Of a stretch of DNA of 59,597 bases, positions 10,901-22,100 are shown one piece after another. The translations under genes and the position numbers were made by a program. The stretch comes from an uncultured virus (IMG/VR IMGVR_UViG_3300006108_000010) (taxonomy: Duplodnaviria > Heunggongvirae > Uroviricota > Caudoviricetes). The stretch lies in the IMG/VR virus record IMGVR_UViG_3300006108_000010, positions 62,001-121,597 of that record; one strand, 5' to 3'. The notes beneath the pieces are model-generated. The model was not told the origin of the DNA and did no database searches. It saw only the letters and a list, made by a program, of their open reading frames with translations. Position 1 is the stretch's first letter. The number at the start of each line of letters is the position of its first letter.

Positions 10901-12121
10901 ATACTTTGTATTAGTATATTGAACAATCATTGAATTATCAGGTTGAATTACAAATCTAAAAACGTTATCTGCATTAATTGCTGTCACGCTTGTAACAAAC
11001 ATTTTTAAATAAGCCGAAGAAAGTGTATTTACAAATTCGTCAACTCCTGTTAGTGACAAAATATTATATTTGTTATCTGCTATAGGCGTTTTTAATACAT
11101 ATTGATCTAATACTGGACTATCAATTTCAGTTAAAACGCCTGAATTTTGAGGAGCAATACTATTTGTTAAAAAGTTATTTGTATTTGTTAAATCTGTTAA
11201 AAACAATGCGGTTTTATTGTTTATTGTAAATTGTAAACAATTATTAAGTGATTCATCTATATTAGCAACTATTCCGTTACTAAATACAACAGGAACGCTA
11301 TCAGTAACAGTTTGATTACCAATAACTTCAAAGCTGACTGAATTACAATTAGCACTTGATAAATTTGTATATAAATTAGCAGATATCGAATTTGTTATAG
11401 TATTGTTTATTAAATTTGTAATTGTATATTCGCCTATGCCATTAGTAAATGGAATTAACCCGTTTAATGATTCCAATGTAAATTGCTCATTATTGCTAAA
11501 ATCCATACTGATTAAAGCAAATTCATTATCAAAATTTCTAAAAACAAAAGATATATTATAACGTTTTGTATCTGTATTATAGCATATTTTTGGGTTATTT
11601 ATATTAGCAAAATAACTATCATTAAGTAATGGCGTAGTCCAATTATTAGCACCATTTAAAACTATATTAAAATTACTTTTAAATAATTGATTTATTTCTC
11701 CCTTTATGCAATCATATTGATTTACAACAACATAAAAATTAAATGCATTAATAGTTTGAGCAGTTGCTGCAATTTGAGCGATATAAACTTTTAAGTTCGT
11801 TTCATCAAACCAATAATCAATTGGTATATATGTATTTAAATTAAAATTACTATTATATTGGAAAGGTATAATCGTATTGGTCTGCTGATCAAATTCTATT
11901 TTCTCAAAAACATATCCCGTTTTTGTTTCTAAAAAAATGTTATCATAAAAAACATCAAATCTTAAAATATCATTTGTTGATATTTCATTGAAAAAGGTTT
12001 CATTCACTCCTTTGTATTTTACAAATACAGCTGAAAGAATATTATAGGTTGGTTCTATAGTCCCATTTAAGGTTCTTAACCATAGTTGACCGTCTTTAAA
12101 TTTGTTATTGTATATACTCAT
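7901..12121 (-). CDS. Large structural protein with LamG-like domain interrupted by beta-propeller-like repeats
   Basis: QLTVSLWINP and NGWHHFAFVFD...FVGKVADLRMYNKSLTQGEIEQIY are LamG halves. Between them are D-x-NNN-(I/V)W-type repeats (IELDGNNNFYIYD, VIDNNNNVWEV, MSVDADNYLWVL). Confidence 0.65.
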   Translation of the reverse strand: MSIYNNKFKDGQLWLRTLNGTIEPTYNILSAVFVKYKGVNETFFNEISTNDILRFDVFYDNIFLETKTGYVFEKIEFDQQTNTIIPFQYNSNFNLNTYIPIDYWFDETNLKVYIAQIAATAQTINAFNFYVVVNQYDCIKGEINQLFKSNFNIVLNGANNWTTPLLNDSYFANINNPKICYNTDTKRYNISFVFRNFDNEFALISMDFSNNEQFTLESLNGLIPFTNGIGEYTITNLINNTITNSISANLYTNLSSANCNSVSFEVIGNQTVTDSVPVVFSNGIVANIDESLNNCLQFTINNKTALFLTDLTNTNNFLTNSIAPQNSGVLTEIDSPVLDQYVLKTPIADNKYNILSLTGVDEFVNTLSSAYLKMFVTSVTAINADNVFRFVIQPDNSMIVQYTNTKYLMTSLFTGDNGLIFTPQIVPTLSSATTYVDAQRFDYALGPNTISLFQIDDANLLPRFQNAVTKNSSGFYVLSSLSYLTSATLFPHEASLNFTSYQEVPPLNSDIKNSFLVSYEVSPTYNQSTLTVNPSTANSLYTQNYLGIFPYQYPIKTSKGVVYPLAIHGLKNYQTPEYNYSFGFDYVQGQNGVRRKYENVYTGTNQDKGLDNVYLGYTANTLEMNFPSDQDTQFVFSPTSERVPLSSAGLIEDGAIAGEIPFTSDRIFVKIQDYSQIIPDSPQPPSITKYNNTWLCSWLSGTMTGDKMWMDRYYNAAYYTTDQALSAKVIEYNDRLNLTENYTFDLPSEMYLEPGAFYRYFHTGINNRKNFVQHLSANSILTISQWLSSPLVDESPLQGEGILYFNNPTNLVGDYINLDGSNHALFPATTQLLSQDQLTVSLWINPPDWTNIAGNQIFGNYYESGFGLINQSSLTTPIITLVDSNDPIAGSKVYNLNYLFTKLPSVSATDSYLVKGSNKIVQRLLDYSYWVFDTVGIGGTKFDINNKIIIRTTNDPVLTQNLNGKLNSITQIELDGNNNFYIYDNTTQNYVVMSPDGKFVSSGIFPSNNVNTIQIDLNNNLIQCYGTQSVIDNNNNVWEVVGGNLYKNQVVFANIGVVQQMSVDADNYLWVLSSQDSVSKIDTVNNKILFTNRIGSKSGLSPDPCFFNYAKPRFINFIRVPKDQYSNKCEVTTASTDDRVLLVDLNDEVIYTLDQNGAILTKLNFLGLTNNPNMQMATLGDFTGYQYLRKFATVTKSFGWQFKVATPNGQNPENYNLLTLPYNLNNIANGWHHFAFVFDSYSGTAKAYLDSILVAEQDFTPEIYQLYYTYRTSLLLGAETIQNTTLNDIIQIDNGYKFVGKVADLRMYNKSLTQGEIEQIYLSSQYGAKDRTLLWNMSVGDRNYIEQIKYWYKNQLPGSKSKYFNINIHNLNIDNGEVKAAIEAGIEANIAKIAPANTSLYKINWK

Positions 12122-12939
12122 TAGTTTCCACCTCCGCCGCCATCTGCTATAGCATTTTGAGAATTTACATTAGGTATCAAATTTATATTTAAATTATTTC
12201 CCAATTCGTTCACTTCATATGGTTGTAATAATTTATAAGCCAACTCTGGTATTGGTATAACATTAGTATTAAGTATTTGACCAGTGCTATTTTGTGACCA
12301 ATTAATTAAAACTGGTAATATATATTTTGGATTTTTTGTTTCAAATACATAAAGAATATCATTATTAACACCAATCATTCTAGTGGATATTAAATTAACA
12401 TCTTCAAATGTCACAGATCCATCTGGATTTTTACCGTTTATTTTAGGAGAAATGATATTTATCGAATAATAAATCTCTGAAGGGTCAATGATACCAAATT
12501 GGTATATTTGAGCAATTACGCTAAAATTTTGTATAAAGTATTGAGAACTATAAAAAGTTTTTGTAACAGTAAAGTTTCTCGGATCACCTGGTTCATTTGG
12601 ATATGGATAATTTGCCGTATCTGTTGAAGTTGGTGCATAATAAAAACTATTAGTTATATTTGGTGAACCATCGCTGAAACTATATACAATTCGGCTTATT
12701 TTGTTTTGCAATTGTATAGCAGAAGGATTGAAAGTTAAGGTGACAGGACCGTAAGAATTAATCGTAAAAGCACTTACAAATGTACTGGCAATAGCTATCC
12801 AATCTGCACTCGTTGTGCCTACCGTACTATAATTGCCATACTCAATCGCAGCATAAGTTTCATCTGCTTCCAAATATGGAACGGCATAATTACTGGTTAA
12901 ATTACCATTTAAAGATAATAATACTTCCTGCGAGTTCAT
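12121..12939 (-). CDS. Hypothetical structural protein (possible PKD/Ig-like fold)
   Basis: 272-aa ORF; IVYSFSDGS resembles the PKD W/Y-x-F-G-D-G core; stop overlaps the next start; TAAGTA box at 12949-12954. Confidence 0.5.
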   Translation of the reverse strand: MNSQEVLLSLNGNLTSNYAVPYLEADETYAAIEYGNYSTVGTTSADWIAIASTFVSAFTINSYGPVTLTFNPSAIQLQNKISRIVYSFSDGSPNITNSFYYAPTSTDTANYPYPNEPGDPRNFTVTKTFYSSQYFIQNFSVIAQIYQFGIIDPSEIYYSINIISPKINGKNPDGSVTFEDVNLISTRMIGVNNDILYVFETKNPKYILPVLINWSQNSTGQILNTNVIPIPELAYKLLQPYEVNELGNNLNINLIPNVNSQNAIADGGGGGN

Positions 12940-12954
12940 GTATTATAATACTTA

Positions 12955-15786
12955 TTAGCTAGTTATTAATTCGGAGCTATTTGTATCAGAAAGATATGCT
13001 ACATTAGTTGTAGTATATGAGCAAGTAACGAACTTTCCGTTTCCATAAGCTACAGTATTCCAAAATTGCGAAGAAGGTAATGTATTTGAAACCCAATTAA
13101 TACCATCATATGAATATGCAGCTGCATTTGAGTTTGAAGATCCAGAAGAAACAGCAACGAATTTCCCATTTCCATAAGCTACAGAAATCCATTGATACCC
13201 AGATGGAAAATTAGCTGATATCCAATTTATACCATCATATGAATATGCTGATGTATTTGGATTAGCAACCGAATTATTATTAATAGCAACAAATTTACCA
13301 TTTCCATAAGTTACACTTGTCCAAGTTTGGGGAGATGGTAGTGTTGTTTGAGTCCAATTAATACCATCGGTTGAATATGCTGCTACGGTTGATCCAATAG
13401 AACTGTTAGATATGGCAACAAACCTTCCTTTTCCATAAGCTACACTTGTCCAATACTGTGGAGATGGTAATGTTGAAGCTTTCCAATTAATACCATCGGT
13501 TGAATATGCTGCTACATTTGAGTTAAAAGCATTATTGCCAGAAATAACAACAAATTTACCATTGCCATAAGTTACGCTTATCCAATACTGGCTAGATGGT
13601 AATGTTGAAGGTGTCCAATTAATACCATCATTAGAATACGCAGCTGCTGTACTACTACTACCAGAAATAGCAACAAATTTACCGTTTCCGTATGTGATAG
13701 AGTCCCATGCAACAGTAGACGGTAATGTGTTTTGTGTCCAATTTATTCCATCATAAGAATATGCACCGTAAAGATTTCCAAATGAAACACCAACAAATTT
13801 ACCATTTCCATACACAACTGAATATATTCCATTAGGATTGGAAGGCGTTCCATTGCCATTTTGCCAAATACCAGAAGCAGCTGGGACAAAGTTACTCGTA
13901 ACTATTTCTGATGAGTTTGTATCTAAAAGATAAGATACTGCATTTGAATAATTTCCTATTGAACTACCTGTTATTCCGCCACCGCCTATTGCCACAAATT
14001 TATTATTTCCATAAGCAATAGAAATCCAAGGTGAAGCTGATGACAACGTATAAGGATACCAATTTATACCATCATATGAATATGCTGCAACTGTAGTACC
14101 AGAATTTGCCGTAGCAACTGCAACAAATTTACCGTTTCCATATGTTACCGAAGACCAATATTGGCTTGACGGTAAATTAAATGAAGTCCATGTAGCACCA
14201 CCGTTTTTTGAATAGGCTCCATTATTAGTTGTACCAGTAGTAGGATTAGATGTATATACGGAACCAGCAACTGCTACAAATATATTATTACCATATACAA
14301 CAGAACACCATGCACCGGAAAAGGGTAAAGTAGACGCTGACCAGTTTATGCCATCCTTTGAATATTGTGCATTGGAAGTACCGCCACCGCCGCCACATAC
14401 TGAAACAAAATTTCCATTACCGTAAGCTATAGCCGAATTCTGACCATAAACTGGTGTCGTTGCTATCCAATTTATACCATCTGATGAATACATTCCTTGT
14501 GCTGTGCCACCATAACCGACTCCAACAAATTTACCATTTCCATATGTAATATAACATCTCGTTGTTGCGGCAGTTGACGATTTCCAATTAATTCCATCGT
14601 AAGAATATGCGAGAGCCGTTGGTTGAGCAACAGCAACAAATACACCATTACCATAACAAACATAATCCCAAGTTTGATTAGATGGCAAACTAGAATTTGA
14701 CCAATTTATACCATCTGTTGAATATGATAATAAATTATTATTACCTCCTCCTCCACTTGATAATGAAGATGCAACAGTAACAAATTTACCATTACCATAA
14801 GTTAAAGATTGCCAGTATGCAGTATTAGATAATATTGAACTTTGCCACCCATTAGAACTAACAAAATTATTTGTAATTATTCCCGAAGATGTCGTATCCA
14901 CAAAATATGCAATTTGTGAGGTGCAATTCACCGCAATAATTCCGTTTGTAGCTGTTACATTTTGCCATGCTCCTAATTGAGGAGAAGGTAAGTCATTTTC
15001 TTTCCAATTTATAAGATCATATGAATAATAAAAAATTACACCTCCTCCGCTGTTATAAATGAAAAAGATCCCATTACTATATGACATAGCACCAAGACCA
15101 TTAACCGTATTATAATTCTTCCAACTTATACCATCAGTAGAATAAATTAATACGCCCCCGTTTGTGGCTGCAAATTTACCATTTCCAAAAACTATATTTG
15201 TCCAACTATTACCAGAAGCTAAACCAAAACTTTGAGGTGAAGGTGTGGTACTAGATATCCATGTTATACCGTCAACTGAATATGCTGTTGTATTTGTGGA
15301 ATTGTAAGAACTATTATCATAAGCTAAAAATACGCCATTACCATATGTTACACCCCAATAATTTACAGTTGGAAGATTACCACCCGCTTTCCAATTTATA
15401 CCATCAGTTGAATACGCTGTTGTGTTATTTCCTGCTACTGCTACGAATTTACCATTTCCGTATGTTATGGAAGTCCAAGTTGATCCACTTGGTAACGTTG
15501 ATGCAGTCCAGTTTATACCATCATAAGAATACCCAGCTGTACTATTTAAGTTTCCATATAAAAGACCAACAAATTTTCCATTTGCATACACTACTGAACT
15601 AAATCCACTATATCCAGAAGCTAAAACAGGGATATTAAAACTTGTTATATTATTAATATTATCATAATAATATGATGCAACTGAATTATTTGTATAAAGA
15701 AAAGTTCTTCCTCTAGCGGTAACTGCTACGTTTTTTGCTCCATAGCCTTGTATTACTTGCCAAGCATTATTAGTATTAATTGACAT
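12955..15786 (-). CDS. BNR/Asp-box repeat protein, three tandem 7-bladed beta-propellers
   Basis: About 21 repeats of W-x-S-(V/I)-x-YGNGKFVAV...AYS-x-DGINW in three groups of seven, each closed by Y(F/L)xDT(T/N)SSx(I/L)(I/V)T. Confidence 0.75.
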   Translation of the reverse strand: MSINTNNAWQVIQGYGAKNVAVTARGRTFLYTNNSVASYYYDNINNITSFNIPVLASGYSGFSSVVYANGKFVGLLYGNLNSTAGYSYDGINWTASTLPSGSTWTSITYGNGKFVAVAGNNTTAYSTDGINWKAGGNLPTVNYWGVTYGNGVFLAYDNSSYNSTNTTAYSVDGITWISSTTPSPQSFGLASGNSWTNIVFGNGKFAATNGGVLIYSTDGISWKNYNTVNGLGAMSYSNGIFFIYNSGGGVIFYYSYDLINWKENDLPSPQLGAWQNVTATNGIIAVNCTSQIAYFVDTTSSGIITNNFVSSNGWQSSILSNTAYWQSLTYGNGKFVTVASSLSSGGGGNNNLLSYSTDGINWSNSSLPSNQTWDYVCYGNGVFVAVAQPTALAYSYDGINWKSSTAATTRCYITYGNGKFVGVGYGGTAQGMYSSDGINWIATTPVYGQNSAIAYGNGNFVSVCGGGGGTSNAQYSKDGINWSASTLPFSGAWCSVVYGNNIFVAVAGSVYTSNPTTGTTNNGAYSKNGGATWTSFNLPSSQYWSSVTYGNGKFVAVATANSGTTVAAYSYDGINWYPYTLSSASPWISIAYGNNKFVAIGGGGITGSSIGNYSNAVSYLLDTNSSEIVTSNFVPAASGIWQNGNGTPSNPNGIYSVVYGNGKFVGVSFGNLYGAYSYDGINWTQNTLPSTVAWDSITYGNGKFVAISGSSSTAAAYSNDGINWTPSTLPSSQYWISVTYGNGKFVVISGNNAFNSNVAAYSTDGINWKASTLPSPQYWTSVAYGKGRFVAISNSSIGSTVAAYSTDGINWTQTTLPSPQTWTSVTYGNGKFVAINNNSVANPNTSAYSYDGINWISANFPSGYQWISVAYGNGKFVAVSSGSSNSNAAAYSYDGINWVSNTLPSSQFWNTVAYGNGKFVTCSYTTTNVAYLSDTNSSELITS

Positions 15787-15794
15787 AAAGCTAC

Positions 15795-18700
15795 TTATGA
15801 AATTCTAGTAACTTTTCTATAGCTTCCCTGTAACGGAGTAATATTTCCAGCACTATCAATTATATTAAGAACTAGATTGGTAGCAGATACTGATGTCTGG
15901 AAATAAGCTTTAATTATTGCATTTGCGCTTGCGCCAGCTGTAAGTGATCCGGTTGCTGGTAAGCTTACGCCGTTACTGAAAGCAGAAAGAGCAGCAGCAT
16001 TAGATGTCGCACCATTTGGTGTTATGCCTCCTACTGCTGTTTGTATATAATTAGAAGAAATAAACGCAATCGTGTTAGCAGAAGATAATTGATAAGTAAC
16101 AGTTCCTGCTGTATTTTTCTGATAGTATAAAACATATTCGATTTCATACTGCGCAGCAGATGTTAAATAATCAGCCTGTGGGAAGCCATTATAGAAATAT
16201 GGCATACCTGAGTTAATTGAAGAGGCAGTTGATTGTAATGTTACATATTGAGGAACACCCAATGCATATATAGGATTTGAACCACTTAATCCAACATAAA
16301 CACCATTAGCAAAATTCATTGATAATGTGCTTGCGCCGTTTCCGTTTACATTATTAAGTGTATAACCATCAGATAAGATTACCTGATTACCAGTACCAAA
16401 GAAATTAACAGCACTTACTGACGCACCTGCTACAGCACCCTGTGAACTTAAATTATTTACATAGGTATAACCTTGTTGGCTTCCATTTATATTAGAACCG
16501 ATAATGAAGCTATTGCATGCATTTAAAATGTTTCCGCAACCACCTAATATACCATTAAATCCTGAATTATAGATACAATTTCCAGATCCACTTATAATGA
16601 ATGAACTTTGGGTTGTGCAATATCCAGAATTTGTTCCTATCGAATTACGAATACCTGAACCGATAAAATTATAGCAACTAGAACCATAACCTATAATACA
16701 GTTGCAATCACCTACACCGATAAACGAACTACATAAAACTGACGGGTAATTACAAGTTGCAAATGAATTGCGAGAACCATTTAAAATAGTAGAATTATAA
16801 ATCTTACCACCACCGCCACCTGTAATCCAAGGATATATAATATTGCAACATCCATTTAAAATAGTGGATTGATAAACTAAAGAATATCCACTTATGGTAT
16901 TGCACTGACCACCGATAATATCAGAAAGATAGACTGGACCGTTTGAGGTACAAATATTATTAGCCGAACCACTAGCGATTAAAGATTGAACGCCTTGATT
17001 TGCATTAGTTTTGCCACCTATGGTAATAGAATATGCACCAGATGCTGTATTACCTGAACCGCCGCCTATAAAGTTAGTTCCGCTTTGGCATACGCCATTT
17101 ATTGAAGTAACGTTGTTTAATCCTGAACCGTTGCCATAATATGTACCGCAAATAGATCCATTTGTACTTAAATTGTTTACGTATGTAAAGTTTGGTTGTG
17201 GAGCAACAATTGATTGTCCAAAAATAAATACACATGATTGATTATTGGTGTTATTACCAATACCACCTAAAATGGCAGAATAACAACCACAATTACAGTT
17301 TTGTTGACCGCCGATTGTAACAGATCCCTGTGCAGTTGCGGTATTTATAAGCCCAAGAGCGATACTGATACTACCGCATGCACAAGAACCGCAACCACCT
17401 GCTATAGCATAATTACCACCACAAGCAACATTACCTTTGCCGCCTATTACAGTTGTATAATTTCCGCTGGCACTATTACCGCAACCACCAGCTACTGTTA
17501 CATTAGTTCCAGTTGCTGTATTACCACTTCCACCACCAATAAAATTGGTTCCACTTTGACATACACCATAAATACCAGTTAAATTAGAACCATTACCGTA
17601 AATATAACCTTGTGAACTTAAATTATTAACATATGTTGTATTTGAACGTGATGCAGTTAAATTAGATCCCAATATAAAGGTATTATCAAATCCACATGAA
17701 ACATTGTTTGTTCCCCCTGCAATAAATGCACAATTTGCACTTAAGGTGTTAGTTGAACCACCAAGAACACTTGAATTAATCCCTGCCAAACAATTACCTG
17801 TACCACCACCAATAAAGGAATTGCAGGTTGTTGCAATATGTTGCGAACCATTAGAAATAGCAGTAATACAGTTGGACGATCCACCATCAATTACATTATT
17901 ATATAAATATGATGCACCGTTTCCACAGGTGCTTAAACCGATAAAGTTTGTGCAACCACCATTAATTGTATTAGTTGATGCTAATGCAACGCCACCACCA
18001 CCATTAACATAACATGACATTGTATTACCTACGCCGCCGTTTATGTTAGAATTATTAAAAATAACGGTATTGCAGCAACCGCCTCCTATGTTAGAATAAT
18101 TTCCAGATGCTGTATTGCATTGACCTGCTAAAATTGCTGAACGGTTACCAGTGGCACTATTAGAAAATCCACCACCGACAAAAGTAAATCCATTTGATGA
18201 ACAATTATTCTGACCGCCAACTGCCACTGAAGCATATCCAGATGCCGTATTGTTACTGCCACCTAAAACCGATGCAAGCCATGCGCATGCTTTATTATTA
18301 GCACCGCCGACAACGACCGAATCAGTCCCGCATAATGAATTGTTAAATCCACCTCCTATAAAACAATTATTTGATTGTAAACACACTCCGTTAGATGCAA
18401 CTATACCAGTTAAGTTTGCTCCATTACCGATAAAATTAGAAGCACTAACTGCACCAGTGGAGGTAATAACCATTGCTGCATTTGCACTTAATGTACCACC
18501 TGTAAAGAAAACCAGATTGTTGTTAGTAGATGTACCGATTGCTAGGTTTCCTCCAATTGAATACATGTAGGAATCATTAGGACCGACAACATTGAATGCT
18601 GGACTATATGCATTACCATTATATGCGCTGCTATTAATACCAATATCGAGATATGATCCTAAATTCGCTGCGTTATTATAAGAATTGGGACTTGTATTAT

Positions 18701-19112
18701 TAGTAAGAACAAAATCCGTACTTGCGCTCAATCCACCATATAAGTTTTGTATTTGGTTATATACAGATAAATTGCTTGATGCGGCGATAACGAACGGAAG
18801 TGCATTACCAGTTGATGAAGTATTTTGTATAATAGTGGTAGAAGGCATATTTACTGCCCCTTGTGAATTTATACTATTAACAAATAAATTATTTGCACTA
18901 ATAGATGGTGCGCTAACCGAATTTGTGAATGTTGCATTAGCAGAATTTGATGTAAGCCAACTATATGAAGTATTCCAATTTGCACTAGATGGAATTGAAA
19001 TAGTAAGGTTTGTTAAATTAGAACCGTTTCCAAAAAAATTAGAAGCACTTAACGAGCCAGATGCACTAAGTGCTCCGTTTACTAATAAATTATCAAGGTA
19101 GTTTACAGACAT
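15795..19112 (-). CDS. Tail-fibre/adhesin-like protein with Cys-rich GGxxN solenoid repeats
   Basis: Many ~14-15-aa (F/S)-(I/V)-x-GG-x-x-N repeats in three blocks, each ending in F-I-x-G...TYVNNLS. Confidence 0.7.
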   Translation of the reverse strand: MSVNYLDNLLVNGALSASGSLSASNFFGNGSNLTNLTISIPSSANWNTSYSWLTSNSANATFTNSVSAPSISANNLFVNSINSQGAVNMPSTTIIQNTSSTGNALPFVIAASSNLSVYNQIQNLYGGLSASTDFVLTNNTSPNSYNNAANLGSYLDIGINSSAYNGNAYSPAFNVVGPNDSYMYSIGGNLAIGTSTNNNLVFFTGGTLSANAAMVITSTGAVSASNFIGNGANLTGIVASNGVCLQSNNCFIGGGFNNSLCGTDSVVVGGANNKACAWLASVLGGSNNTASGYASVAVGGQNNCSSNGFTFVGGGFSNSATGNRSAILAGQCNTASGNYSNIGGGCCNTVIFNNSNINGGVGNTMSCYVNGGGGVALASTNTINGGCTNFIGLSTCGNGASYLYNNVIDGGSSNCITAISNGSQHIATTCNSFIGGGTGNCLAGINSSVLGGSTNTLSANCAFIAGGTNNVSCGFDNTFILGSNLTASRSNTTYVNNLSSQGYIYGNGSNLTGIYGVCQSGTNFIGGGSGNTATGTNVTVAGGCGNSASGNYTTVIGGKGNVACGGNYAIAGGCGSCACGSISIALGLINTATAQGSVTIGGQQNCNCGCYSAILGGIGNNTNNQSCVFIFGQSIVAPQPNFTYVNNLSTNGSICGTYYGNGSGLNNVTSINGVCQSGTNFIGGGSGNTASGAYSITIGGKTNANQGVQSLIASGSANNICTSNGPVYLSDIIGGQCNTISGYSLVYQSTILNGCCNIIYPWITGGGGGKIYNSTILNGSRNSFATCNYPSVLCSSFIGVGDCNCIIGYGSSCYNFIGSGIRNSIGTNSGYCTTQSSFIISGSGNCIYNSGFNGILGGCGNILNACNSFIIGSNINGSQQGYTYVNNLSSQGAVAGASVSAVNFFGTGNQVILSDGYTLNNVNGNGASTLSMNFANGVYVGLSGSNPIYALGVPQYVTLQSTASSINSGMPYFYNGFPQADYLTSAAQYEIEYVLYYQKNTAGTVTYQLSSANTIAFISSNYIQTAVGGITPNGATSNAAALSAFSNGVSLPATGSLTAGASANAIIKAYFQTSVSATNLVLNIIDSAGNITPLQGSYRKVTRIS

Positions 19113-19124
19113 ATTCTATAATAT

Positions 19125-22100
19125 TTATCCAATAACCACAACTCTATAAGAATTAAGAGATGGCGGTGAATTGAATGTTAATGTTACGGTTGAAGTGCTT
19201 GTGTTAACAATTGTTGGTATACCAACTGTGAATGTGCTAGTATTATAAACTTGTGTTATAACATCTTGGGTATTAAGATTATGTTTAAATGCATATGTTG
19301 TATTAATACCATCGCCTATTGTTGAAACTGCTTTGTTTGTTGTTCCCCATGTTGCGCTAACAGAATTAACCTTGCTGTAAACTGATGCATTATTTGCACT
19401 AGCAGACTGCAAGAATGAAATAGAATTCCAGTTAGCTGAATTAGAGTTTACATTACTGAATACACTAGCATTATTAGCACTAGCTGATTGTAAAAAGGAT
19501 ATACTGTTCCAGTTAGCTGAATTAGAGTTTACATTACTGAATACACTAGCATTATTAGCACTAGCTGACTGCAAGAAAGATATGCTATTCCAGTTAGCTG
19601 AATTAGAATTTACATTACTATAAACTGATGCATTGTTAGCACTAGCAGATTGTAAGAAAGAAATAGAAGACCAGTTTGCGCTTAAAGAACACAATGTAAC
19701 ATATGCTGATTGCCAATTTCCACTAACTCCTGATAATATACTTGAAGCTGCGCTATTCCAACCAGAACTTAAACTATTAACTTGTGTGTAAACCGAACTC
19801 CAGTTAGCAGAATTTGAATTTACATTGCTGAATACAGAAGCATTATTAGCACTAGCTGATTGTAAGAAGGATATGGAAGACCAGTTTGCCGAATTTGAAT
19901 TTACTGAACTATAAACAGATTGATCATTAGCAGAAAGAGCTTGTAAGAAAGATATACTGTTCCAGATGGCGGAATTTGAATTTACATTACTATAAACTGA
20001 TTTATCATTAGCAGATAACCCCTGTAAGAAAGATATACTGTTCCAATTAGCAGAATTTGAGTTAACACTACTATAAACTGATTGATCATTAGCAGATAAA
20101 CCTTGTAAGAAAGATATTGAACTCCAGTTAGCACTATTGGAGTTTACGTTAGTGTAAACGGATGCATTATTAGCTGATTGGCTTTGGAATCCACTTCCTG
20201 TATTCCAATTAGAACTTAAATTATTAACCTGCGAATAAGCACTATCCCAACTATTTCTATTGTTACCTGTGATAATAGAATCTGCTATATTAGTGATCCA
20301 AGATGGATAAGAATAAGAACCATTTGTATAGACACCATTTGTTACTGTTGCTGCATTGCCATTAAGATTGCCATTAAATGCTGTTGCCCATATCTGGTTG
20401 CTTGCTGAAATGTCACCTAAAACAGTTAATGTTTTATTTGGTGTTGATGTTTTAATACCAACAACACCGCCATTATAAACACTACCATCTGCGTTTGTTG
20501 TTTTACCCACATATAGAGCAGGATAACCGTCAAAGAATGTTGCTATACCTAAACTGCTGCCAGATGCTTGTTGAACATTTACCGCATATACATTAGCATT
20601 ATTATTAACAACGTTAAATGCACTGGTTGTTCCAACGTTATTTGTTTGGTTCGATATACCACCCTGTGCCGAAATAGAACCATAAACTGTTATATTACCG
20701 TATAAATATTGCGTTTGACCAGCAGGAAAATTATTTACAACTAAATATGCACTATTATTGTTTACCCAAGTAATTGTTGATGATTGAGCCTTTACAGTAG
20801 AGAAAACTGATGCATTATTTGCTGATTGATTTTGAAAAACTGATATAGTATTCCAATTAGCACTGTTTGAATTTACTGAAGAGTAAACTGATGCATTGTT
20901 AGCAGATTGTGTTTGAACTGTAGTAGCAACAGAACCACCACCACTCCAACCACTACTAAGTAAGGATACTTGGCTATAAACTGATAAGTTGTTTGCTGAT
21001 TGAGGTTCAAAGAAATTAATATTGTTCCAATTGGCAGAATTTGAATTTACATTACTGTAAACCGATTGATTATTTGCAGATAACCCTTGCAAGAAAGATA
21101 TAGAAGACCAATTAGCACTATTTGAATTTACTGAACTAAAAACGCTAGCATTATTAGCACTAGCTGACTGCAAGAAAGATATGCTATTCCAGTTAGCTGA
21201 ATTTGAATTTACTGAACTGTATACGGATGCATTATTTGCACTAGCCGATTGTAAGAAAGATATACTATTCCAATTAGCACTATTAGAGTTTACATAACTG
21301 TAAACTGATTTATCATTAGCAGATAAAGCCTGTAAGAAAGATATGCTATTCCAGTTAGCAGAATTAGAACTCACGCTACTGTAAACCGATTGATCGTTAG
21401 CTGATAATGATTGTAAGAAAGATATACTATTCCAATTAGCACTATTTGAATTTACAGAACTGAAAACACTAGCATTGTTAGCGGACTGAGATTCAAACAA
21501 ATTAATATTATTCCAATTAGCAGAATTAGAATTTACATAACTAAAAACAGATAAATTATTAGCTGACTGAGATTCAAAGAAATTTATGTTATTCCAGTTA
21601 GAACTATTAGAATTTACATTGCTATAAACTGATGCGTTATTTGCACTAGCAGACTGCAAGAAAGATATACTGTTCCAGTTGGCACTATTTGAATTTACCG
21701 AAGAGTAAACAGAAGCATTATTTGCACTAGCAGTTTGTAAAAAGGATATTGAATTCCAATTAGCACTATTTGAGTTTACCGAACTGAAAACACTAGCATT
21801 GTTAGCTGACTGAGATTCAAAGAAATTTATATTATTCCAGTTTGCACTATTGGAATTTACTGAACTAAAAACAGATAAATTATTAGCTGATTGGGTTTCA
21901 AAGAAATTTATGTTATTCCAATTAGCTGAATTAGAATTTACAGAACTGAAAACACTAGCATTGTTGGCTGATTGGGACTCAAAGAAATTTATGTTATTCC
22001 AGTTTGCACTATTGGAATTTACTGAACTAAAAACAGATAAATTATTAGCTGATTGAGTTTCAAAGAAATTAATATTGTTCCAATTTGCACTATTTGAATT

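Noticed and set aside
17301..19101. Plus-strand ORFs (17301, 17704, 18250, 18685) and similar ones at 4830, 15261, 21850, 22336, 54609, 56640 and 58479
   Set aside because: Antisense shadows of real minus-strand genes, mostly with non-ATG starts and no recognisable motifs.
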